Source: Nemertoderma westbladi (Eukaryota > Animalia > Xenacoelomorpha). Taken from it: DNA of 64,000 bases. Location of the stretch: the NCBI GenBank assembly GCA_032718475.1, contig JAUCBJ010007028.1, positions 1-64,000 of the forward strand, in the 5' to 3' direction. Every line of letters starts with the position of its first letter. Positions within the stretch are counted from its first letter, which is position 1. The translations under genes and the position numbers were made by a program. Shown here in pieces: positions 48,715-61,252 of this stretch. The notes beneath the pieces are model-generated. The model made no database searches, had not been told where the DNA came from, and worked only from the letters and a program-made list of their open reading frames with translations.

Positions 48715-49737
48715 CTGTTTAGAGTATTTTTATATTTTAGAAACTGTGATTTTTTATATTTTATAGAATTAAATCCCAATTTCTGGGAGCGGTGTAAAAG
48801 CTTTTGTGGGATATAACTGGCCCTTTTGCTTCGCAATCCAGTTTCCCCCAATGCGCTCAAATACTCTAAAGAAAAACTACCTAACTCAAATGATGCAAGC
48901 TACCGGCTGATTGGCTGATTTGCTGCTTAGATTATAGAAACGTATAACTGTTATCAAACCGAGTCATATCTTGCATACATAACTCATTGCACCACACGAC
49001 ATAAAAAACTCAAACTAATATTGTCAAACTTTTCACCGCATTATTTTACTGCTATTTACTGTTGGTTATTAATTGTATCAGTTGATGGAATATTGTTATA
49101 CTTGGAGAATATCGATAAATAACCCAAAAATCCCAATCTTCTTGATACACTAAAGGTTAGAGAGACCGGTTACATATAGCAATTGCGACTTATATTATCG
49201 TTGTTTGTAGTGAATCTAATGCTATTTCATAGATACTACATGAGTCAATTGCTGTTCTCTTTATGTATGGTCAAATTCAGTGACTGTCGGCAGATCAGTG
49301 TGCAGTTGTGCGGTACCGGTAGTGTGCAAGAGTGATTGATAACTAAGCATCTCCTAAAGAATGCGCCTTATACGTGAATCATAAGCCGTACCGTTGTGTT
49401 TAGTATAAGTCATAACTCTGTTTACATATTTAGAGCGCCACGTCCTAAAGGAACTGTTAATATTTCCCGAAAATGAATAATACTTGTCAGAGATTATATA
49501 TTAACGATCAATCGAATAATACAGTAGGCTTACACCGCAATAAGGTCTAAGCATCCGAATCCAGTCTCCCGGGTATATCCAGCGGGTGAATGATCGCGCA
49601 TCGGCTGGCTTCGGCTAATGTAGTGCATCAAATACTTGTCATAGGCTAAAGTCGATTTACAAACTAAATGACATATAAATTAGCGGGTTAAACTGCTAAA
49701 GGTCCAAAAGCGCAAGCAATATTGCAGACTCAATAAC

Positions 49738-50550
49738 TTGCAGATTTTTGCAGTCTGCCCCCAATTTATGACTCAATGCCACCATTGTCAACTAAAAGGA
49801 CACGCCAGTTTTGATTGCCTTTTTAATCACGATTTAGAAAGCGTAGATGAAATGATTACACTACGTTACATTCGAGCTTGGGAAGCAAACGCTGATTTAC
49901 ATTGTGATTCACGCCATCGCTATTACCCTGGACGCGCTTACGAAGGAGTTTATGCGTTCCATCCTTATCTATTCGCGTCTGTTGAACAGAAATCACGCAT
50001 ACCGAGTTACGAACTAATGAAGCGCATCGGAGAATGTATTTCAACCAAATTTGTACGCAAATTTCTTAGGAGCGTTAATCCCAACGATATTAATTCCTAT
50101 AATTTGATCAATTTTATCCGTCAAGATCCGGAATATGGCGATTTATTTATCAACTCGCATCCAGAGTTACAGGAAGTATATCGACGGCCTTACGAATACC
50201 GAGCCCGAGAGCGCGAGTTGGAAAGAACCATTAAACCAAGGAAGTTTCTCACTGCCTATGGTCCGCCCACGGCTCTCGTTCAGACCACTCGTAGGGGACC
50301 CGTAAGAGCTGCTGTCCTGAAACGCACTCTAAAGGCCGTTAGACCGCTCTCCCCCGAAGTTGATGTCGACCAACCAGGCACTTCGACCGGCGGATACACC
50401 GACCATAATCCTACACCTTCTGATGCAATCATATTGCACCCTTCACCCAGGAGTTATAGCCCTCCTCTTAAAGTGGCTCGCCCCAAAGAGAAAAAGACTC
50501 TTGCTAGCTTTAAAAAACTGCGTAAACGCCGTCCACGCAAGAAAGACTAA
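49738..50550 (+). CDS. Duplicated C-terminal part of the accessory ORF (CCHC knuckle, basic NLS-like tail), open to the native stop
   Basis: Has AAA where copy 1 has TAA (48397) and ends KKLRKRRPRKKD. Lacks its own 5' end. Confidence 0.7.
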   Translation: MQIFAVCPQFMTQCHHCQLKGHASFDCLFNHDLESVDEMITLRYIRAWEANADLHCDSRHRYYPGRAYEGVYAFHPYLFASVEQKSRIPSYELMKRIGECISTKFVRKFLRSVNPNDINSYNLINFIRQDPEYGDLFINSHPELQEVYRRPYEYRARERELERTIKPRKFLTAYGPPTALVQTTRRGPVRAAVLKRTLKAVRPLSPEVDVDQPGTSTGGYTDHNPTPSDAIILHPSPRSYSPPLKVARPKEKKTLASFKKLRKRRPRKKD

Positions 50551-50628
50551 CTGTTTAGAGTATTTTTATATTTTAGAAACTGTGATTTTTTATATTTTAT
50601 AGAATTAAATCCCATTTTCTGGGAGCGG

Positions 50629-51847
50629 TGTAAAAGCTTTTGTGGGATATAACTGGCCCTTTTGCTTCGTAATCCAGTTTCCCCCAATGCGCTCAAATAC
50701 TCTAAAGAAAAACTCCCTAACTCAAATGATGCAAGCTACCGGCTGATTGGCTGATTTGCTGTACGTAGGGCCTCTTTGTTCTGTTCGATCAACCAACCAG
50801 AGCAACGGTCAACCAAGCAGAGTGATTCATCCGGTGTGTTGGCTAAGGGCTGCAAAAACCCGAATAGTTCGGCATTTAGACATTCGTGGAATCTGTGGAA
50901 TATGGAGCTCTGCCAATGAGAGCTATTTCTCTCTGTATTGAAAGCTACCTGCAACAGCCCACAGAGTTCAGTGTGTGTGTGTGTTGGTTTTCCTATGCCA
51001 GAACATCGGTTGTGGAATCATTCTGTTTTCAGACTTTAGCCAAACATTAGTAGGCTTAGATTATAGAAACGTATAACTGTTATCAAACCGAGTCATATCT
51101 TGCATACATAACTCATTGCACCACACGACATAACAAACTCAAACTAATATTGTCAAACTTTTCACCGCATTATTTTACTGCTATTTACTGTCGGTTATTA
51201 ATTGTATCAGTTGATGGAATATTGTTATACTTGGAGAATATCGATAAATAACCCAGAAATCCAAATCTTCTTGATACACTAAAGGTTAGAGAGACCGGTT
51301 ACATATAGCAATTGCGACTTATATTATTGTGGTTTGTAGTGAATCTAATGCTATTTCATAGATACTACATGAGTCAATTGCTGTTCTCTTTATGTATGGT
51401 CAAATTCAGTGACTGTCGGCAGATCAGTGTGCAGTTGTGCGGTACCGGTAGTGTGCAAGAGTGATTGATAACTAAGCATCTCCTAAAGAATGCGCCTTAT
51501 ACGTGAATCATAAGCCGTACCGTTGTGTTTAGTATAAGTCATGACTCTGTTTACATATTTAGAGCGCCACGTCCTAAAGGAACTGTTAATATTTCCCGAA
51601 AGTGAATAATATTTGTCAGAGATTATATATTAACTATCAATCGAATAATACAGTAGGCTTACACCGCAATAAGGTCTAAGCATCCGAATCCAGTCTCCCG
51701 GGTATATCCAGCGGGTGAATGATCGCGCATCGGCTGGCTTCGGCTAATGTAGTGCATCAAAGACTTGTCATAGGCTAAAGTCGATTTACAAACTAAAAGA
51801 CATATAAATTAGCGGGTTAAACTGCTAAAGGTCTAAAAGCGCGAACA
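50629..51847 (+). repeat. Putative 3' LTR of BEL-2 (partial first copy at 48793-49718)
   Basis: GGGAGCGG directly before TGTAAAAG; ends ...GCGAACA before unrelated LINE sequence. The right boundary may be a truncation. Confidence 0.6.
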
Positions 51848-52548
51848 CCATGTTTTCCTCATGTTCGATTTATTTTCTTCAACTGATTGACATAGAAATT
51901 TTTTTCAGCTTCCCTGTATAATTTTGTGCATATGTTTCTGTATGTTTTATATTTATTTAGATTCTCATCCGTGGGTTTTGAGATATACCGAGCATACAGC
52001 TTATTTTTTTTTATAGAACATTTTATTAAAGAATGAGTTATCCACAGACGATGCGAGGTGTATTTCTTTGTTTGCATTTTTTTTTTTGGTAGATGATTTT
52101 CACATATGTTTTCAAATTTATTATAGAAATTTTTAAATTTGTCCTTGTCTTCTGCATCCCAGTATGACCAAGATTTATTTTCATTAATCTCGCCTAAAAA
52201 TTCATTGGCGTTAAATTTTGAGTAGTCAAAAACGTATTTAACTTCAGGCTCACGGAAATAAGTACTAAATTCAGAAAATATTATGAAAGTTGGGAAATCG
52301 TCCCCAGAACCAATTTTTGAAAGGAAAACACCTGAATTACAAACGGCATCAGTAATATTATGAAAAATATGATCTATGATCGATTTTGAGAATTCGGTTA
52401 CCCTAGTTGGTACATCAATTATTTGTGAGAAACCATGAGACGTTATGGTATTTAAATAATCAGCTGATTTGGAAGATATTCTAATTAGATCTATGTTATA
52501 ATCTCCAGTTATAATTGTATCATAATTTTTATTTGAAAGTATTTCCAG
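51848..52548 (-). mobile_element. Crack/Daphne-like LINE ORF2 fragment (end of APE plus linker)
   Basis: IITGDYNIDL, PTRVT...IDHIF, WITHSL...KNKLY...YKTYRN. Confidence 0.85.
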
Positions 52549-53488
52549 TTGCCAATAGACCACACGTGGTATTACCATAGAAACGAGGCGCCACCATTGG
52601 CAATCCGAGAGAACACGACTGCAGGGGAAATGATGACAGATATCTACCGACACTCTGGCAACAATAATGTTCTGGGACTTTCGCAAAGATATGACGCTTC
52701 TACCTACAGAATACCGCCGGATTTCCTAAACAAATCAAGGTGAAAATATAAAACTGGAAACCCTTTTTGTTTCCACGACAACCAACACCAGACGCGCGAC
52801 TACGGGGTTTATTTCAGCGGGAAGTTTTGGAAGTTTAAATCCTACGGAGATAAGCGGCAGCATCTGTCTGCGAACCACATCGAGTGGGTGAGTGACACAG
52901 CTGGGCGAGGTACCCGGCCCTGCACGTCGGTTTACCGGAGGAGTTTCAACCGAGTCTCGTCTGTAATCCTGGATACTACTGCGGGGATATTGCTTGATAT
53001 CCCTCCTGTATTCCGGGCCGCCACCTCGGAATCATTCCGACCTCACTCCAGCTCCCCCCGTGTCTACCCGACCCCCGTAGTCAGGGTGACTGATTGCTCG
53101 GAATATATCCGGGTTGGTATGACAGCCCTTGATTCCGGTTCATTTAGGACTCCTCTTCGCTCCCTCGCTTTGGCACAGGAACCGTTCCAGAAACCCAATA
53201 ACTGGCGATATTCAAACAGAGGCATTAAAATATAATAGGATTTATTTGTATATTATTAGGTAATAATAAAGAATTTTAATTAACAATTAATTTGTTAAAT
53301 TATATCAGCTGATTTTGAAAAGTCCAAATTTTGCTCTCGGAACTCCTCCGACGTTCTTAAAATGTTTCTATAAAATATATTAGGTAATATTAGGCAGACA
53401 ACTGATACGGATGTTGAAATATGTAAGGCAACACTAGAGTTAAGGTGCACCTTAGCTAAGGTTGATTTATATGCAACCGGCTCCTCCT

Positions 53489-54752
53489 ATAATATTATAC
53501 TGTACTTCAAAGCATATTAAAAGGATTGATAGATACAGAGATATGTGCATCCAGCGACCATAAGAGTACTATATGGGAAGAAGCTTCGAACATATCCATT
53601 ATACATAATTAGACAATGCTGATTCCAAATCTGATTTCAGATTTGCCCCTACCCTATCAAGCTTTCTCACAATTGCCAATTTGAATTCAAAAAACTTATC
53701 GCAAATAACTATGATGAGTGATGTAAATTCAAATGAGAATCAAATATTCTCAAAATCAATCTAAAACATTGAAAGGAGCTTTGTTTATATGAATTATATA
53801 TATTTAAAACAATGCTGATTCTAAATCTGCTTTCATATTTGCCATAGCATATCAAGTTATTTGCAAAATTACCAATTTAAGTTCAAATTACTTATCGCAA
53901 ACAACTGTAAGGAGAGAAGTTGATTAAAAAAGAATCAAATATGCTCAAAATCAATCTACAACATTGAATGGAGCTTTGTTCCTATGAATTATCTATAATT
54001 AAACAATGGTGATACCAAATCTGCTTTCAGATTTGCCATGCTGCCATAGCATATCAAGTTTTTTTACAATAATTGCCAATCTGAGTTCAAATCGCTTATC
54101 GCGAACAACTGTGATGAGTGAAGTAGATTCAATAATAATCAAATATGCTCCAAATCAATATAAAACATGAAAAAGAGCTTTGTTAATTTGAGTTATATAT
54201 TAAACAATGCAATCTATATGGTAAATCGGCTATCAGATTTACCATAGCATATGTTGTAGATTGATTTGGGGGTGTATTTTATTCTTATTGAATCTACTTT
54301 CACTCATAATAATTGTTTGCGATAAGTAATTTGAACTTAAATTGGCAAACGTAAAAAAAACTTGATATCCTATGGCAGTATGGCAAATATGAAAGCAGAT
54401 TTGGAATCAGCATTGTTTAAAAATATATAATTCATATAAACAAAGCTCCATTCAATGTTTTGGATTGATTGTGAGCATATGTGATTCTCATTTGAATCTA
54501 CGCCACTCATCACAGTCGTTTGCAATAAGTTTTTGAACTCAAAGTGGCAATTGTGAAAAAACTTGATGTACAGTAGTAGGGCAAATGTAAAATCAGATTT
54601 GGAATCAGCATTGCCTAATTATGTATAATACATATGTGCAAAGCTTCTTCCCATATATTAGTTCTATTTTGGTCGTTGGATGCACAATTGCACATATCTC
54701 TGCATCTATCAATCCTTATCTTAAAATGCTTTGAAGTACAGTATAATATTAT
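53489..54752. mobile_element. Foldback element: ~470-500 bp inverted arms containing ~195-bp tandem units
   Basis: Ends ataatattatactgtacttcaaagca / tgctttgaagtacagtataatattat. The unit acaatgctgattccaaatctg occurs at ~53613, 53809 and 54003, and reversed at ~54400 and 54600. Confidence 0.85.
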
Positions 54753-56961
54753 TGTATATCATGCACCATATCATTTTAAAATACAAATCAGATGCGATTT
54801 TTGGGTTCTGCACTTAAAATCAGTCAAAATCAAATTAAACGAACAGTTCCTAGATATACTTAACCAAAAGTTAAGTTTTGTGGCCAATTATTGATATCGT
54901 ACCAAATGGCGCTTAGGCACAAATTAGTGATGCTTGTGCAAGCATTTCCCATGGGGTTGTGATGAATTTTTTTTACTAAACATAGCTTTGAATGGTTAAA
55001 CAATGCTAAAATCGAGATTAACTGAAATAAGATGCAGGGAGGTAGACCTACAAAATGTTAGTGCCAATATTTCAATATGTCCTAGGCGCAATCAATTGAA
55101 TGATCGATTGATGAGTTGTGCCGGGCTTAAGCTTTTGTGTGATATCTCAAGAACTACTAGCTAGCTTAGAACTTGTTTTGAAAGTTGAACTTTGTTTCTA
55201 CACCCACTAAATCGATGACTGCGGTTCAAATAAGCCTAAAATTAACTCTGTACGACCAACAGAAGCCTTCATGTCAGCAAACTCTATTATATTCTTCACG
55301 CGCGATCAATCGGTGACCAGACACTCAACTTCAGTATGTTTGAGCCACCTCTAATATTTGATGTACATGCTTAAAATTTCACATGTCGAATTTTTTGACG
55401 AAATTGAAACATTTGAGGGTGTCAGAGATGATAAATTCCAACCTTTCAAAATAAGGACCACCCTAATGTGTACCAAGTTTGGTTCCATTTCATTCATGAT
55501 TGACACAGTTATTGGCGTTCAAACATTTCCGACAACATCAACAACGACGACGGACGGCTCACTAATTGTACTGCTATGCTAAGGCTCACCTGGACTTCGT
55601 GGCTCGCCCCACATATGTTAGCCAGGACTGTGATAACCCTTCCCTTTAGAGTAGGGGGTACCAAACAAGCAAATATTTTATATTTAATATATTGATACGT
55701 CATCATCATTATTTAATAATATTAATTATAATTAATACAATTACAGAATTAAGTATAACAATTAATAATGATAACTATTAACAAGAAAGATTAGTAAAAT
55801 ATTGCAGCAAGGTTGTATTGTTTTTAATAAATATTTAATGTATCAACAACAACTAAAGCTACGAAAGTTGTTTACATCTGAAACTAGAATAAAAACCTAA
55901 GTAGAAAATTGTATTTCATATAAAATAGGGAAATTGTTTACATCTGGATCTAGAATACAAATTTCATATAAAAAAATAAATAAAATAAAGCCCACAAGCT
56001 TGGTGTCTTCAAAAGTATTGGTCAAAAATTTAAAATTTACATCCTGACTCACTTTATTGGCTTCGAAATGTAATTTTAAAAAAATGAATAAATATAAAAA
56101 AAACTCAAGAGAGCTGCAAAACATTTACAAATATCTGCCTTGTGGATAGTCACCTTCGAATCAACCCTGCCAGACAACATCTTCAACTTTTTTTATAATA
56201 CTTTTATAATAGTAATATTTCATGTCTGACACCTTCAACTTTAAAAACTAATTCAACTACGCAAAACACAAGGGCCCAAACTGGCCATTAAATATGTCCA
56301 ATTCCCCCGGAGATAGTTCCACCCCCACAGACTTAGAATTACCGTCACCACTCACCACCCCTAAACTCCCGCAACCCTGCAATGGACATCGATGTATTTT
56401 TTTTCTGAAGGCAGCGCAAAGACGGACAAAAACAGAAACTTCTAGTAACACATCCCCTGGGGAGATCTACTTTTCCTGATATCTGGAGATATAATTCGCC
56501 GACTCCCACGAGAGCATTGCACCCTGGGGACACACATTTCAAGTGAGTGGACCCAACTATCATTCTCTTCACTTCCCAATCCTGCTTATGTAAGGGATAC
56601 TTTCGAAGTTAACGAATGCCTTTTCCAGAATAATCTGTAATTCCGAGGCAGTATATGCTAATTGGTATATAATAGATATCCTATCCGCCTACCATGCCTA
56701 CTGATGCATACCAGTACTGCAGTATGCCGTTGTAGTAACAGTACTGCAGTTTGTCACAATCCACGGTGCTATGTAGGCCTACTGATGTAACTTAGCAACC
56801 TGATCCCCTATTGGCTATTTACCTAACTGACAGTCAGACAGTACCTTATATACAATATTATATCTCTGTCTTCTGATTGGTTATAGGATCAGATGCCATC
56901 AGATCAGATCAGATAAGGACAGACATTTTATTCTACCTCCAACTTTCTGTTTCTTTGCAGG

Positions 56962-57816
56962 TCATCTTGGCTTCCGAGGTAATATTTCAGGAAAGACCTG
57001 TTGCGGTTGAGAGCAACTCTCTTCAACATCCGGATTAGATGATGGGATCTCTACGAATGCTTTAGGTTTATCCAAAAGGACAAAACCATCTACATTGGCT
57101 TCAGTAAGAGAAACGCAATCCATCGCTTCTTTGAGAAAACTAATATGGGGTTTATCCTTCAAGTAATGCAACTCAATAGAATTTCCGCAGGCTACTACTT
57201 CGGTAGAATTATCGGTGTTGGTGATAATAATTTTTTTATTATTGGTTTTAATCATTTTGAGACGGTCTGATAATTGAATGATATTTTTATCAAAAATATG
57301 CTTGTCTGTTTCATCGATTTGGTTGTCCCACTCTCGCAACAAAACGGTTAGTTCCTGTTTTGACAAATTGAAACCCGTATAATAGTTAAAACCAACACTA
57401 TCAGCGTTTCTGAGGCTGATTTTCCATAAGCCGACATAGTTGGTTCCTTTAAAAGCTGTTACAAATCCAATAAACTCTGGATTTGATAATTCAATGTAGA
57501 ATTGATCGCTAATAATCTCTAGCGGTGGAGAGAGAAATTGCAATAATTTCCCTCTGTATTGAATTAGAACTTCAGTAAAAGCTTTGTTGAGAACTTTACA
57601 TTTGCCTTGTTTCTGAATGTAAACATCACCCGACGTAGGGTTGATGGAAATATTCAAATTTCCCCGCGCAAAACGAAGAGTGGGATATATCCTACCTGGT
57701 ATAATTGCTGGTCTGGATTGATGTTGGTTGTTGTTGGTTGTTTCTAGAATGTCTAGCAAATAGCGGGTATCTTGATGGGAAAAACAAATTGATTCGTTGT
57801 CCTCCTGAGATTCCAC
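56962..57816 (-). CDS. Orphan ORF with a PC4/p15-like ssDNA-binding motif; possibly virus- or Maverick-derived; no ATG start
   Basis: FVTAFKGTNYVGLWK...TGFNLSKQELTVL...QID resembles the PC4 consensus. PAKKQKV follows immediately after the TGA. Confidence 0.5.
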   Translation of the reverse strand: MESQEDNESICFSHQDTRYLLDILETTNNNQHQSRPAIIPGRIYPTLRFARGNLNISINPTSGDVYIQKQGKCKVLNKAFTEVLIQYRGKLLQFLSPPLEIISDQFYIELSNPEFIGFVTAFKGTNYVGLWKISLRNADSVGFNYYTGFNLSKQELTVLLREWDNQIDETDKHIFDKNIIQLSDRLKMIKTNNKKIIITNTDNSTEVVACGNSIELHYLKDKPHISFLKEAMDCVSLTEANVDGFVLLDKPKAFVEIPSSNPDVEESCSQPQQVFPEILPRKPR

Positions 57817-57965
57817 AATAAAATACTTGCTGTGAACGACGGTACAAGTATATTTATTGTTATTTGTTGCTAGCTATTTGTTGCTCCGGTTTTTTGCGTT
57901 AAGGCCATAATAATAATATTAAATACGAAAAATATTACAAGTGATAAATTTTAAACCGTATCGCT

Positions 57966-58199
57966 GTAATAAATTGACACCATAGTTCTCACTCTAAAAA
58001 TGTGTATATATAAGTGGTCAGAAACCCATACAAGAGAAAAGATGATACTTAACTTATCTAAAATCATTAGGTCTAACTTCGCTCTTGTATGAGTTTCTGA
58101 CCACTTATATATACAACAAGTAAGATAATGAAGAATTAAGGAAATAACACAATTTCAGAGTGAGAACAAAAAAAATTAGATATGGTATCAATATATTAC
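57966..58199. repeat. Interrupted palindrome with a 34-bp near-perfect core
   Basis: 58003-58036 pairs with 58082-58115 (1 mismatch). Outer arms 57986-58005/58147-58166 and 57966-57984/58181-58199 also pair. Confidence 0.85.
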
Positions 58200-58780
58200 C
58201 ATGAAGATTACAAGTGATGAATTTTGTTAAAAACATTCAGTTATATATAAATTTGCGATGTGGCATAGTCAACGTAGAAGAGATGGGACGTGTCATAATC
58301 ATCGACGAATAAGAAAAGAGATGGGGTGCAATGCGGATGAATGGTTGGTTGGTAGTATGGATAGGAAATACGTGAAAGAATATGAATCATAGGGTTGTGT
58401 GTAATAATCAATAATTATTATAATAAAAACGCACAGTATAATGTTAGTAGTAGCCTTTCAATATGGCACAGATGCTGTGGGATCGGTTAGGATGAGTCAC
58501 TATGGAAATGTTCGTATACGTGTAGCTGGAACGTGGCGGAATTTCATGTATCATACTGCTGGACTGGTAGGCTGGTTGGTTGGTTGGTTTGGCGACAGCC
58601 ATCGAGGAGTAGCACTAGCTAGCGGTGGGTAAATCGTTGAGTTGGCAATTGATATAATATTGGGGGGTATATGCGTGGTGGTGCGTGTAGATGGCCACGT
58701 TGTTGTTAGTAGTGTCATCACATATACAGTATACAGTGGGGGTGGTGGTGGCGTGGCGAAAAGGTGAATAACCGGTAGGC

Positions 58781-58870
58781 TAGTTAGTTAGTTAGTTAGT
58801 TAGTGGGTAACAGCATTCAGTCAGTTGATCGGTCGGTCGGTCGGTCGGTCGGTCGATCGGTCGGTCGATC
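58781..58870. repeat. (TAGT)n and (GGTC)n microsatellites
   Basis: Direct read. Confidence 0.9.
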
Positions 58871-59095
58871 GAGGTTAGGCTACGCGTAGGTGATAAGCAA
58901 CGATTGGTTGAAGGCAAGGCAACGACGCGAATCAATACTGATGGTGACAGATGGTCATTAAACACTGCAATTTAGCATCGAAATTTGGCATTTTTAATAG
59001 CCCTCCGAGATCTAGCCCATAGCCCAAGCTAGGGAGGAGTATGGCAAGGTCTATGTTTCTCCTACTACTTACACAATGGATGAACTGAAGTCTAT

Positions 59096-59748
59096 TGTTG
59101 AGACACAATGGAACTTCCCCGGACCTGGACTCCGTTTAACATATTGGAAGCTGCCTGGGAGGATTTATATAGTGTGACAGGATCCACAGAGGATCCCGGT
59201 TTATCCGGTTTTCAATCTACGCGTCCCCGCCGTGTGTGAAAGGTGAAAGAGTTTATTGATCATTGTATATAGTTCTCCCCGGGTATAATAGTATAGATAT
59301 AAATATAGATGACACAGAATTTATAATGTGATGTTGATAGTAAACGGAAGACGGGTGACGGTGATTAAAGTCCCGGTACTTCCCTAGCTAAACTAACCTA
59401 ACTATACACTGACTAAATGACACACTGACTAAATGATACACTGACTAAATGATTGCTGTACTGATAATATATATATTGCACGGTTGGCCATTGCTCCGTT
59501 ACTCAGCCGGTGCCTTTCCCCCATTGGCTAATAACCCTGTTGTCGCCCTTTCACCTCCCCTGAAGTGCTTCCCTTTGCCCCTGCTATTCTTTCTCTCTCA
59601 GGGGTGTAACCCCTGACCTCTATTGTGCGCATGTTTCTCCCTCCCACTTTGTTGGGGTGACACGAGGTTGATTGATCACCCTCGTGTTCCCCAATATTGC
59701 CTAAAACCTCACTTTATGGGTTGGTTAGCGGAATTGGATAAGCTAACA
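59096..59748 (-). repeat. Putative 3' LTR of BEL-3
   Basis: TGTT...AACA ends; minus-strand PPT GGGGGGGAG at 59749-59757; AATAAA on the minus strand at ~59252-59257. Confidence 0.7.
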
Positions 59749-60761
59749 CTCCCCCCCATGCTATCTTCCCGGTGAGAAGATAGCATCCACCTCTAGTGCG
59801 CTACAATTCCGCTGGATCCCGATCTAGTATCGGGTGTGGGGTGGGTCTATTTTCTTGGAGTCGGCTTTCCAGGCCGCTCCCTATGGGTATGATAATGCTA
59901 CCCCATCTTGGTACAACTCTAGCTATCTTGTACCAAGACATGTGGCATCCCGTGTTGGGCCGATCGTGCGCTTCTCTCACACAATTTTTGTTTCTCCAAC
60001 ACTTTTGCCCTAACTCTCCTCCACACTCACCCTAACTCTCACACTCTCGGACCTCCTCGTCCCTCACTCCGCCTCTTACTTCTCCCCCCCCCCACACTTA
60101 AATGGCGCCCACACTCTCTTCACACTCCGCACTCCATGCTCTATTACTCATATCTCGCCCTATCTCACCCTATCATTCCTGACGAGCCTCACCCCCCTTT
60201 TTGTGCCGTCGCACTCAAGAAGTATGATGCCGTCAGCGTCTCGTCCGTGACTTATAGTACCATGGTCGATTAGTCCCCAGTCCCAGTAGCTAATTGGAAA
60301 AGGTTGTGCTTGACTACGGTACGTACTTTATAATATACATACGTGGTTCACTTATATAATTATTATAAGGCTATTATTATCATATATTATATTACATGCT
60401 CGTCTACATAACGCGCCTCATTCTCTCTCGGCCTTTCTCCCCTGGCGACTTCTTCCAGTCGCTTCTCCCCAAATCTATCCACTTCCAGCCTCCCCCATGT
60501 GATGTCTATCTACCTCCCTGTCTACTAGATGCCGGCCGTTGTATTACACCGACTCGCCCTTTAGCTCCAGGTGGTCTACCACAACTTTGAAGGCCATCTT
60601 GAAGGCTCTTCTGTAGTTCGGAGGTGATTCTAATATCCTTAATTTTTATTTTTAAATTTTGTGCTATTAACCCTACATACCTTTCTGGCTGCTATTCTAT
60701 GATATATTGTGCTCTCTTATCTCTTACTATATACTATATTTTATATCCCCCTATCACTAAT

Positions 60762-61252
60762 CCTTACTACTAACGGTACTCTATGCACCCTCTTACTAAA
60801 TAGTTCTATAACTAACTACTACTCTTATTAGCCAGTACTACTTACCCTCTCACTAACTTCCAACTCTACTCTTACTAACCGGTACTACGTACCCTCTTAC
60901 TAACTCCTCTAACTCCACTCTTACTAACTAACGGTACTACATACCCTCTTACTAACCTCTAACTCTCTCTACTAACTAACGGTACTACGTACCCTCTTAC
61001 TAACTCCTCTAACTCTCTCTACTAACTAACGGTACTACATACCCTATTACTAACTCTAACTAACTAACGGTACTAAGTACCCTCTTACTAACTCTAACTA
61101 ACTAATGGTACTACGTAACCTCTTACTAACTCTAACTAACTAACGGTACTACGTACCCTCTTACTAATTCTAACTAACTAACGGTACTACGTACCCTCTT
61201 ACCAACTTCTCTAACACTCCTAACTAACGGTACTACGTATCCTCTTACTAAC
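60762..61252. repeat. ~38-45 bp minisatellite in the BEL-3 3' UTR
   Basis: Repeated actaactaacggtactacgtaccctctt units. Confidence 0.9.

Larger units (their letters stand above)
35960..51847 (+). mobile_element. BEL/Pao LTR retrotransposon 2, 5'-truncated, with a long accessory ORF and duplicated 3' end
   Basis: gag-PR-RT-RNaseH-IN, then an AT-rich spacer, the accessory ORF, a PPT-like GGGAGCGG and a TGT-starting LTR-like repeat. The 5' LTR is absent, so linkage of the accessory ORF is inferred. Confidence 0.8.
47883..51847 (+). repeat. Tandem duplication of the BEL-2 3' end: 47883-49718 and 49719-51847
   Basis: Near-identical sequence from atattgcagactcaataacttgca onward. The first copy lacks ~290 bp of the LTR-like region. 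Confidence 0.95.

Noticed and set aside
56941-56961. Strong plus-strand splice acceptor
   Set aside because: No plausible plus-strand exon follows; it is better explained as antisense of the Lys-rich PAKKQKV codons.
60762-61252. Repeat-spacer-like array
   Set aside because: The variable parts are slipped versions of the same unit, so it is an ordinary minisatellite.
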